Origin: Candidatus Levyibacteriota bacterium
GTDB taxonomy: Bacteria; Patescibacteriota; Microgenomatia; Levybacterales; UBA12049
Length of the DNA: 42,991 bases
NCBI GenBank assembly: GCA_013816255.1
Contig: JACDET010000007.1
Span: forward strand, 1 to 42,991
Direction of reading: 5' to 3'
A program made the translations under genes and the position numbers. The notes below the pieces were generated by a model, which did no database searches, was not told the origin of the DNA, and worked only from the letters and a program-made list of their open reading frames with translations. Below, piece after piece: positions 18,874-26,496 of the stretch (the first letter of the stretch is position 1; every line of letters starts with the position of its first letter).

Positions 18874-19860
18874 ATGAAATTTACAAAGATAGAAGTTGTT
18901 GTTCTCCTCAGCCTGTTCGTTCTCGGTGCAGTAGCAACGCTTGTTTTTACACAACAAACAGGTATGCAGGAAGAGAAGCGTAAGCATTGGAAATTCCAAT
19001 CAATTGATACGATGAAAAACTCCCGCGACCTCGCACGTGAAGAGCTGCTCGATCCAAATTTCCCTAAAGAGATTGAAAAGCAAATCGCAGATATCGCAGC
19101 AACTGGTGCGACACACGTCGCTATCGGTACACCGTATGATGACGAATTTTTGCCTGTAATCAAGCTCTGGACACGTACAGCGCGGCAGCACGATCTCAAA
19201 GTCTGGTTCAGAGGTAATTGGTCAGGTTGGGAAGAATGGTTTGGATACAAACGGATAGACGAACGGAAACATACTGAAAATACGCGGCAATTCATCCTCA
19301 ATAATAGTAACCTTTTCGAAGACGGAGATATTTTCACCTCATGCCCTGAATGTGAGAACGGTGCAGGAGTTGAACTTGGCAATAATTTTTCCATCATTGA
19401 GTACCGCAAATTCTTGATTGAAGAATATACGGTGACCAAGGGAGCTTTTGCTGAAATTGATAAAGATGTCACGGCAAATTATTATTCAATGAACTTGGAT
19501 ATTGCTAAAAGCGTCATGGACCGTGACACGACAAGATCGCTTGATGGTGTCGTCGCGATTGATCATTATGTCAATTCACCACAGCAATTGGCTGATGATA
19601 TTGTCGAGATCGCAGAACTAAGTGGCGGACAAGTTGTCCTGGGAGAATTAGGTGCACCAATCCCGGATATCCATGGTCCAATGAACGAAGAAGCACAAGC
19701 TGAATGGCTCACTGAGTCTCTCCGCCTTGTCTCCGAACTGCGTGAAGTCGAAGGGTTAAATTATTGGGTAAACAAAGATGGCTCAACCGCTCTTTGGAGA
19801 GTCAATGGCACACCAAAGCCAGCAGTGAATGTGATTACACAGTATTTTGGGGGGAAATAA
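18874..19860 (+). CDS. Membrane-anchored extracytoplasmic protein, possibly a TIM-barrel glycoside-hydrolase-like enzyme
   Basis: N-terminal signal anchor MKFTKIEVVVLLSLFVLGAVATLVF. Blocks GATHVAIGTPYDD, KVWFRGNWSGWEEWFG, SCPECENG and VVLGELGAP alternate like the strand ends of a barrel hydrolase. No family could be assigned by eye. Confidence 0.4.
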   Translation: MKFTKIEVVVLLSLFVLGAVATLVFTQQTGMQEEKRKHWKFQSIDTMKNSRDLAREELLDPNFPKEIEKQIADIAATGATHVAIGTPYDDEFLPVIKLWTRTARQHDLKVWFRGNWSGWEEWFGYKRIDERKHTENTRQFILNNSNLFEDGDIFTSCPECENGAGVELGNNFSIIEYRKFLIEEYTVTKGAFAEIDKDVTANYYSMNLDIAKSVMDRDTTRSLDGVVAIDHYVNSPQQLADDIVEIAELSGGQVVLGELGAPIPDIHGPMNEEAQAEWLTESLRLVSELREVEGLNYWVNKDGSTALWRVNGTPKPAVNVITQYFGGK

Positions 19861-19870
19861 CCCGTTTCTT

Positions 19871-20286
19871 GTACTTTGTGCCGACAAAGTACCAAAGCTC
19901 TCAGTCGGGTATTGCGCTCGCTAAAAAATATTCTTCCATTCGCTATCACTCGGACTGCGCTCCGCTCCGCCTTTTCAGTTATTCCTTCTACGCCAAGGCT
20001 TCGTAGGACCGCTCATTACAGAATATTTTTCTTAACTGTGCGACCCCATGAAATGGGTAGTGCCCTTGTGGCGCTCATAATCGACTGACTAAAATAAATT
20101 ATTAATAATAAAAGTATACGTTGGTAGCGTTGAACAAAGGGCGTGAAGCAATTATGGAATGAGTCGTCAGGGGGACCGCCGGCCTTGTGCCGGAGAGGGC
20201 AACGTTTCCCCCGACAAGCGAATGGAATAATTGTAACCCGACTTCACGAGCGGACAGAGTTTTGGTACTTTTGCGGCCAAAAGTAC
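19871..20286. repeat. 416-bp imperfect inverted repeat (diverged palindrome) in an intergenic region
   Basis: 19871..19901 matches the reverse complement of 20256..20286 at 26 of 31 positions. Further collinear arm blocks are gtcgggt (19904..19910) with acccgac (20236..20242), and ttccattcgct (19934..19944) with agcgaatggaa (20217..20227). The centre near 20090..20120 is AT-rich. Confidence 0.65.
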
Positions 20287-20390
20287 AGATGAATAATCTA
20301 TATTAATATTTAAAATTAATCAATATAACACAAATATATCCATATCTAGCCTCGCATGTGAACTAATTAGAGTAATATAGTATTTCCCTA

Positions 20391-20419
20391 TTGACAGTCC
20401 TATAATGTCGTGATACAAT
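20391..20419 (+). promoter_or_regulatory. Strong sigma70-type promoter TTGACA-17-TACAAT with extended -10 (TGa)
   Basis: TTGACA at 20391..20396 and tgaTACAAT at 20411..20419, 50 nt upstream of the ATG at 20470. Confidence 0.6.
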
Positions 20420-20469
20420 CCTCTTTACAATATATATGGGACGCATTAATCGTCTCAAAATATTATACT

Positions 20470-21102
20470 ATGAATAACAAATCACTTATCGCATCACTAA
20501 CCGGAGTAGCACTGTTTCTCGGAACAATCACACCCGCACAGGCGTACAATATGCCTGAATTCGGTTCATGTTTGAATCCCCAATGGTCAAAAACACAAGA
20601 AAACAAAGGATCAGATCATGGTGTTATCGGAGTCGGCACATATGCTGGAACAGATACTATATACGAATCAAATGGTAATGTTTTGCAATGTCTTACAACT
20701 GATACAGGAACAGGCTATCAAACAAACTGGCTGAAAGCGACAAATCTTTCAACAGATGAAATGAAAGAACTTGAATCAAAAGGGTGGATCTATGTCGCTC
20801 ACGGTGAAGACTGGGGTCTAGAAAAATGCGTGTACATGGCAAAGAACGGAGATTACACATCAGCAGCTACATCTACTCCAACACCAGTAGCATCACCAGA
20901 TGTTACACCAACACCAGCAATTGGAGGCTCAGATTCCACACCAACAACTAGTGAAAGTGCTAGTACTTCAGAAACACAAACATCAGTGCCGGTTCTCGGT
21001 GGATTAGCACCAACAGGAAACGCGCTGACGATCTACCTTGCAATACTTGCAGGAATAGCTTCAATCAGTACAGGAATCGTTCTACGCAAGTTCAGTAAAT
21101 AA
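20470..21102 (+). CDS. Sortase-anchored surface protein (LAPTG sorting signal) with a Thr/Pro/Ser-rich stalk
   Basis: Signal peptide MNNKSLIASLTGVALFLGTITPAQA. Stalk TSTPTPVASPDVTPTPAIGGSDSTPTTSESASTSETQTS. C-terminal LAPTG, a hydrophobic helix, then RKFSK. The track start at 20410 is GTG and lies inside the promoter. Confidence 0.8.
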   Translation: MNNKSLIASLTGVALFLGTITPAQAYNMPEFGSCLNPQWSKTQENKGSDHGVIGVGTYAGTDTIYESNGNVLQCLTTDTGTGYQTNWLKATNLSTDEMKELESKGWIYVAHGEDWGLEKCVYMAKNGDYTSAATSTPTPVASPDVTPTPAIGGSDSTPTTSESASTSETQTSVPVLGGLAPTGNALTIYLAILAGIASISTGIVLRKFSK

Positions 21103-21118
21103 TATTGCTCTTCCTCCT

Positions 21119-21655
21119 ATGAAATTTCTCTCCATTTTCTTTTTCATCATTGGTCTTCTTTCATTGGCACTTGGTGGTTCTGAATTATATCTGCGGGAAA
21201 ATCCAAGCCGTTTGGCTTTTGATAATTATACCTACGCGGTGGGAATGCCTAGCGCTCATAAAAATATACCTGTCAGAATTACAATTGATGCACTTGCGAT
21301 TGATGCGCCGGTATCCCCTGTCGTTGTAGAAAATAACAAATGGCCTGTTACCGGTAAAGCAGCTTCATATCTTGCGGCATCTCCTATTCCGGGAGAAGCA
21401 GGAAACAGCATTATCTATGCTCACAATTGGAAGAATCTCTTCGCAAATTTGACAAATGCGCAAACCGGCGAAGAAGTTGTAATAACCTTTGCTGATGGGA
21501 GTAAAAAAACATTTGTCATCTCGTCAACGAGCACCGTCACACCTGACACATCATCTATTCTCGCCAATGCAAATGACACAAGAATCACACTCTACACCTG
21601 CACAGGATTTCTCGACACCAACCGCTTCGTAGCAGTTGCCACAGTAACAAATTAA
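21119..21655 (+). CDS. Sortase family transpeptidase
   Basis: N-terminal TM segment. SIIYAHNW (His), ITLYTCTG (TLxTC Cys), RFVAVA (Arg). Confidence 0.85.
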   Translation: MKFLSIFFFIIGLLSLALGGSELYLRENPSRLAFDNYTYAVGMPSAHKNIPVRITIDALAIDAPVSPVVVENNKWPVTGKAASYLAASPIPGEAGNSIIYAHNWKNLFANLTNAQTGEEVVITFADGSKKTFVISSTSTVTPDTSSILANANDTRITLYTCTGFLDTNRFVAVATVTN

Positions 21656-21679
21656 TAAACTAAAAATATCTTTCACAAT

Positions 21680-21716
21680 AAAAGCCCCACATATGTAGGG
21701 CTTTTATTGTTTTTGT
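21680..21716. terminator. Bidirectional intrinsic terminator between convergent genes
   Basis: aaaagccc-cacatatgta-gggcttttattgttttt. The stem is 8 bp with an extendable palindromic loop, and there are T-runs on both strands. Confidence 0.7.
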
Positions 21717-21730
21717 TATTGGTCACGCAC

Positions 21731-22327
21731 TTATCGCAAGAGGTTTGATCCTGCTTGGTTGTTGAGTGCTACGTCTGCATTTGCAGACCCTGTGATGATA
21801 ACGACATCACTGCCTGTGTTGAATCCGGCGTAGTTATTACCTGTTGTCAGATTATTGTAGACACTGTTCATAAACCGGTTTTCACTGTACTGTTTGTACG
21901 TTTCTCGGTCCATGCTACTGATATCGACATTTGCATCTGAGAAGGCTCCATTACTGCCTATACCGACACCTGCTGTGCCATTACTGCAGCCATTGACGCC
22001 GCTGAGCTGATTGACACCAGCTGCGTTTGCAATTTCTGTGTTTGATGACGCGTCACCTGTGATGATAGTCACACTACCACCTGTATTAAAGCTAGCATTG
22101 TTCCCTCCGGTATACGCGAGATTACGGATATCGTTTTCTATATCTGTATTGTTGCGTTGTGCAATATCGGTACTGCATTCGTTACTGACATTGACATCAC
22201 TTGATGAGAATGCTCCATTTCCGTTAGCGTCGACCGCTGTTTGCGCAAATGTTTGTGTAACTGAACCGGCAGCGAGTAACGCACCTGTTGCAATTCCAAT
22301 TGTTAATTTTTTCATTAAACTATTCAT
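21731..22327 (-). CDS. Secreted protein built from two ~90-aa internal repeats, function unknown
   Basis: Signal peptide MNSLMKKLTIGIATGALLAAGSVTQTFAQ. Repeats pair NGNGAFSSSDVNVSN..TGGNNASFNTGGSVTIITGDASSNTEIANAAGVNQL with GSNGAFSDANVDISS..TTGNNYAGFNTGSDVVIITGSANADVALNNQAGSNLL. Confidence 0.7.
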   Translation of the reverse strand: MNSLMKKLTIGIATGALLAAGSVTQTFAQTAVDANGNGAFSSSDVNVSNECSTDIAQRNNTDIENDIRNLAYTGGNNASFNTGGSVTIITGDASSNTEIANAAGVNQLSGVNGCSNGTAGVGIGSNGAFSDANVDISSMDRETYKQYSENRFMNSVYNNLTTGNNYAGFNTGSDVVIITGSANADVALNNQAGSNLLR

Positions 22328-22595
22328 TGTTATTATTCACCCCCCCTCCGAAAAATAAACTTAAAACGTAAAATGTAAAACAAAAGTAACTATTACTTTT
22401 CAGTTTTTAGTTTTACGTTTAAGCTTTTTCCAACTATACATTTGTACGATAACCGAGTAAGGTGGATGAAAGATACGGACAATAATTAGGTAAGAGGAGT
22501 AGATCAATTAGCCCTTCTAGCCAGCCAAAGTAGAGCTTTTTGAGTAGTATATATAATTAGTGCGTTTAATGAAGTGGGTTATGTATACACTCATC

Positions 22596-22625
22596 TTGAC
22601 AAAATGCACATTTAAATGTACATTT
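22596..22625 (+). promoter_or_regulatory. TA-module promoter with two abutting 12-mer operator-like sites
   Basis: TTGACA at 22596..22601, a 17-nt spacer, then TACATT at 22619..22624. aaatgcacattt (22602..22613) is followed directly by the perfect palindrome aaatgtacattt (22614..22625). Confidence 0.55.
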
Positions 22626-22633
22626 GTATTGGT

Positions 22634-22903
22634 ATGGATCATATAAGTACAACCAATTTACGGACACAATCATCAAAGCTTGTTGCGACATTAAAAAAAG
22701 GTGGAGTTGTTTCTCTTATCCACCAGTCAAAAGTTATTGGCGTGATAAAACCAAAAAAAGAAGTAAAAGTTATCACAGCAACTGACATTGAAGAATTAAA
22801 AAAACTTGCCAAAGAACAAGATTTGCCAAAAATTTCCTACGATGAAAGAGAAAAAATATATAGAAAGCATCTTCTCGACAAATATGGCAAAGATATTTCT
22901 TGA
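22634..22903 (+). CDS. Type II antitoxin (Phd/YefM-like N-terminus)
   Basis: MDHISTTNLRTQSSKLVATLKKGGVVSLIHQSKVIGVIKP. It overlaps the PIN toxin gene by 20 nt. The ATG at 22616 lies inside the operator/-10, so 22634 is preferred. Confidence 0.6.
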   Translation: MDHISTTNLRTQSSKLVATLKKGGVVSLIHQSKVIGVIKPKKEVKVITATDIEELKKLAKEQDLPKISYDEREKIYRKHLLDKYGKDIS

Positions 22904-23252
22904 TACTAACTACTTCATTGATGCAATCCATAGAAAACCTGAGATTGAAATTCTTGAGTTTTATGTTAACAATAGTATTTATATATCCCCTCTTTCAATC
23001 CATATATATTGTTATGTATTTAAAATAAAAATTCCCAATGATAAATTGATTGTACAGAAAGCAAAATTTCAAATAGTAGAATTTACTGAAGATATCGCTG
23101 ATAGAGCTTTGCAGGGTCCAACGAATGATTATGAAGACAATGTGCAACTCCATAGTGCAGCAGACGCAGAATGTGATTTATTCTTAACAGAAGATAAAGC
23201 ATTACTCGCTATGAAATTCTTCGGTAAGGTTACGATAGATCAAAAGATATAA
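22884..23252 (+). CDS. vapC: PIN-domain toxin (VapC family)
   Basis: MAKIFLDTNYFIDA (first acidic residue) and ECDLFLTEDKALL (C-terminal acidic residue). About 122 aa. The longer track ORF from 22806 overlaps the antitoxin in another frame. Confidence 0.75.
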   Translation: MAKIFLDTNYFIDAIHRKPEIEILEFYVNNSIYISPLSIHIYCYVFKIKIPNDKLIVQKAKFQIVEFTEDIADRALQGPTNDYEDNVQLHSAADAECDLFLTEDKALLAMKFFGKVTIDQKI

Positions 23253-23258
23253 CGTACG

Positions 23259-24299
23259 TTACTTATCTAAATATGGAGATTGTACATAGTATTCATTTTG
23301 CATAATGTATTCTTTTGCCACAGCTTCATAGTTAAGACCTGAACCCAATGAGAAATCTGAATCGTTAAAGTCTTGGTTGAAGAAGATGACTGCTTTGATG
23401 TTTGGATATTTTGGAAGCGTCGCGAGCGCTTCTTTGAACCATGCCGCTTTATCGCCACCTTTACTCACAGATGCTGTTTCGGCAAGCATGATTGGTTTAC
23501 CCGTGATACTGAGGACATCATATGGTTCTTTAATAATTTCCTCAAAGCTTTTCCACGTTGTTTCGCTGTTTGATGCTCCCCAATTAAATCCACTGAATCC
23601 TACCCAATCGACGTATGCACTACCAGGGTAATAATCCAAGATTGATGCTGTGCTGCCCGTATTGTCTGTATTGTTTGGTGACCATAACCACACGACATTT
23701 GTGGCGCCTTCTTCTTCAAAGATATCATGGACATAGATCCACATCGCTTTATAATCTTCAGGCGTATTCCCATTGGCGTTCCCCCACGGATACCAATTCC
23801 CATTCATTTCGTGCGCAAAACGCAGATAGAATGGCTTTTTATAACGAGCTGCGTCGCGTGCCCATTCGCGTATAAATGGATCGTACTTACCTGAAGTTAT
23901 CGCTTGTGGCGTGTATTCTGTTGTATTCGTTTTGGTATCTGTTTGGGCGTTCCATGGTTCCCATGTCACAATCGGTATGACGCCGTTATGAGTAAGTCTA
24001 TCCATATATCGGTAATCCAATGTACCCTTACTGCCCCAATCCTGGTAATACATCGCAAGTGACGGGCTTTCATCAGTTGCTACATGGGTTTCTACCTTCT
24101 CCGGATGTATATTGTACGTCTCCTGATAATATCCATAATAGATCCCGTTACTTGGTACCAAATTTTCCGGTAATACTGTTTGTTTTACAGGTGCCGCAAT
24201 TACCGATACTGACGTACCAGCTACACCACCCGCGAACGCCGCAATCATCGGTATGAGAATGAGCAAAATTGTTATGTATGTTTTTTGTATAGTGTTCAT
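23259..24299 (-). CDS. Membrane-anchored GH26 family glycoside hydrolase (mannanase/lichenase-type)
   Basis: FYLRFAHEMNGNWYPWG (acid/base Glu block) and KPIMLAETAS (nucleophile block). N-terminal TM anchor. ATGA overlap with the upstream GT2. Confidence 0.8.
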   Translation of the reverse strand: MNTIQKTYITILLILIPMIAAFAGGVAGTSVSVIAAPVKQTVLPENLVPSNGIYYGYYQETYNIHPEKVETHVATDESPSLAMYYQDWGSKGTLDYRYMDRLTHNGVIPIVTWEPWNAQTDTKTNTTEYTPQAITSGKYDPFIREWARDAARYKKPFYLRFAHEMNGNWYPWGNANGNTPEDYKAMWIYVHDIFEEEGATNVVWLWSPNNTDNTGSTASILDYYPGSAYVDWVGFSGFNWGASNSETTWKSFEEIIKEPYDVLSITGKPIMLAETASVSKGGDKAAWFKEALATLPKYPNIKAVIFFNQDFNDSDFSLGSGLNYEAVAKEYIMQNEYYVQSPYLDK

Positions 24300-25900
24300 A
24301 GTTTTACGTAATATTTCTTTGGTGCTTTTTGCTTTGACAGGAGTAATTCAAAGTTTATATTTTTCACCATGTATGACCATTGAAATATCGCATACAGGAG
24401 TTGCACAAAGACTGTGACAAAGATACTGGAAAGTACGATGATCGATGCGTAATCCAATTCTATTTTTCCAATGTACGCGATCACATATGCCAACCATGCG
24501 TATGCAACCAGATACACTGTCGAAGCCAAAGTCACGAGCACATAACTCAATGAGACTGCGCCACTACTGCCTGTCGGTTTCCACTCATCCTTTTTCCCAA
24601 GTGCCAATGAAAGGAGTATATAGCTGTATGCCCACGTGACCGAGATAAAGGCAAGGATTGTACCCAATTTGGCCTTTGGAAAGACATACACAGACAGCAG
24701 TATAAGAGAGATAACAAGAGACGGCAGATAGTATAAGCCTACCCACATATCATGCATACCATTACCGTTTGCCAAAAGATAGATATTCATAAACGGGAGC
24801 AGTAACAGTACAGGATTTGAAATATAGAAAAAGAATCCTGACACAAATGGCAATTTACTTTTGAGTGGTACCTTGGATGTCCAGAAATCGCGACTTGTCA
24901 AAAGACTCATGCTCCCAGCACACCAACGGATTTGCTGTTTGAAAAAGCTATATTGATCAGTCGGACAAATACCTTTGGCTAAGATCAACGGCACATAAGT
25001 TATCTTCCAGCCTTTGGCGAGAAGCTTGAAGCCGGTCATGATATCTTCTGAATGTTCAATCTGCACAGTTCCACCTATCGAATCAAGAGCCGTTCTTCTA
25101 TAAATTGCATTGGACCCGACACAGATACTTCCGTTCACACGACCCCATGCGTTCTGGATGATTTTGTAAAAGTATACTTGGATATTCCCCGCGCCATATT
25201 GCAACGGTGAAGCGTTGTGCATCTTTTTATCGGTATCAAAATATTGTGGTGATTGGATGATACCGGAATTTGCGTCACTCATATAGGGAAGCAGTTCAAG
25301 GATAAAGTCACGGTGCGGTCTGAAGTCAGCATCGAATATGATGATAAATTCACCTTTGGTCATACTCATGCCATATTTCAAATTACCCGCCTTTTTCATC
25401 TCTCCCCGATTCGGACGCACGAGATAATTGAAGCCAAACGTTGCTGCGAGCTTTTTTGCAGCACTACTCTCTTTATCATCAAGGACCGTGATAGTAACTG
25501 TTTCTCCATGTCTGTCCTGTAAATCTTTGACCCCTTCCCAGGTATTACGCAAGATATGGACATCTTCCCCACAGATTGGCAAAAGGATATCAATTGTTGG
25601 TGTTACAAACCGCTCTTTCCAGAAGCTTCGGATGAAGGTCTGATGTTTGGAGACATCAAAGTTCTTAAAGAACATATTGATCATCGAAGAAAAGCTCAGA
25701 TATGTGGCGAGGAAAAGAAAGATTGCGCCAAATGGAAGAAGGACATATACTTGATATTGGTATGTCAGATAAAATCCGTAAAGGACCGACACCCAAGCTG
25801 CGACACTCAGAAAGCTAAGTATCTTATACATGACAGAGACTCTCTGTGTATAGAGATATTTTTCGGCGTATGCAACTATTGGTAAAAGTGTATTATTCAT
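24296..25900 (-). CDS. BcsA/CesA-like processive GT2 beta-glycan synthase (no PilZ domain)
   Basis: Motifs LDDKES, KKAGNLKYG, FDADFRP, IQSPQYF, CVGSNAIYRRTAL, HSEDIMTG, QQIRWCAGS. TM helices on both sides of the catalytic domain. Confidence 0.85.
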   Translation of the reverse strand: MNNTLLPIVAYAEKYLYTQRVSVMYKILSFLSVAAWVSVLYGFYLTYQYQVYVLLPFGAIFLFLATYLSFSSMINMFFKNFDVSKHQTFIRSFWKERFVTPTIDILLPICGEDVHILRNTWEGVKDLQDRHGETVTITVLDDKESSAAKKLAATFGFNYLVRPNRGEMKKAGNLKYGMSMTKGEFIIIFDADFRPHRDFILELLPYMSDANSGIIQSPQYFDTDKKMHNASPLQYGAGNIQVYFYKIIQNAWGRVNGSICVGSNAIYRRTALDSIGGTVQIEHSEDIMTGFKLLAKGWKITYVPLILAKGICPTDQYSFFKQQIRWCAGSMSLLTSRDFWTSKVPLKSKLPFVSGFFFYISNPVLLLLPFMNIYLLANGNGMHDMWVGLYYLPSLVISLILLSVYVFPKAKLGTILAFISVTWAYSYILLSLALGKKDEWKPTGSSGAVSLSYVLVTLASTVYLVAYAWLAYVIAYIGKIELDYASIIVLSSIFVTVFVQLLYAIFQWSYMVKNINFELLLSKQKAPKKYYVKL

Positions 25901-25915
25901 AACCTTATAGTAATT

Positions 25916-25944
25916 ATTATAGGTCTTTATAACGTGTTTGTCAA
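25916..25944 (-). promoter_or_regulatory. Perfect consensus sigma70 promoter TTGACA-17-TATAAT
   Basis: The minus strand reads cTTGACAaacacgttataaagaccTATAATaattactataaggttATG. The -10 ends 15 nt from the start codon. Confidence 0.65.
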
Positions 25945-25980
25945 GAGGCTGTAGTCATTCGTTAAATACCACTAAAAACC

Positions 25981-26023
25981 CGTCATTCTGGCTTGCCTGC
26001 CCGCCTATGGAGGGCCCAGAATC
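25981..26023 (+). repeat. GTCAT-box hairpin element
   Basis: cGTCATtctgg-cttgcctgcccgcctatggagggc-ccagaATC. The interior is similar to the unit at 18720..18766. Confidence 0.7.
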
Positions 26024-26461
26024 AGTCTGCTGTTTAAACAAATATAGAGTAACCTAAATAGTTGTAATATCATTGTATTATGGGCTATTATAAATTATGG
26101 TTTTTTATGGCAAAAAATCATATTACTACAGATTTCGCTCGTTTTCAGGCAACTTGGTCCAGGTTGGTATCAAGCGCACCATCGCCGTCCTGACCAGTCG
26201 AATCCAAAGACGTTTTTACAAGCCTCCTCTCATTCTTCCCCGAAGTCCCCAAGCTGCAAAAGACTGCAGCGCTCATTTCGATGAACTGGACTATTTTGGT
26301 GGATTTAGAGGGCAGGGTAACCAATGTGCTCCATGATGGAAAGCTAGATGTATCCGAGTACAACAACCAAGGAGTAATCCTCACCGGCACCCACTCCCCC
26401 TGTGCTGGGACAATGACACTAGATGATCCGAGGAACATCACGACAACAGATTAGCTAGTCT

Positions 26462-26496
26462 TGTCATTGCGAGGAGGAACGACGAAGCAATCTCTA
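26462..26496 (+). repeat. GTCAT-box hairpin element
   Basis: tGTCATtgc-gaggaggaacgacgaa-gcaATCTCT, directly downstream of the GH81 gene stop. Confidence 0.65.

Noticed and set aside
23250-23261. A perfect 12-bp palindrome, taacgtacgtta, whose two ends are the convergent stop codons of vapC and the GH26 gene.
   Set aside because: It is too short, and lacks flanking T-runs, to call a terminator. It may be coincidental given that TAA and TTA are complementary. It is noted only as a curiosity.
26097-26441. The 79-aa plus-strand ORF and the 98-aa minus-strand ORF in the 25.9-26.5 kb gap, considered as real genes.
   Set aside because: The two overlap each other and have no RBS or recognisable motif. 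Their composition is atypical, being Pro/Ser/Arg-rich. They were not called as CDS. The region is reported as a finding instead.
288-26496. Whether the recurring hairpin repeats could be a CRISPR array.
   Set aside because: The units are not regularly spaced. They occur singly or as inverted pairs kilobases apart. No cas genes are present.
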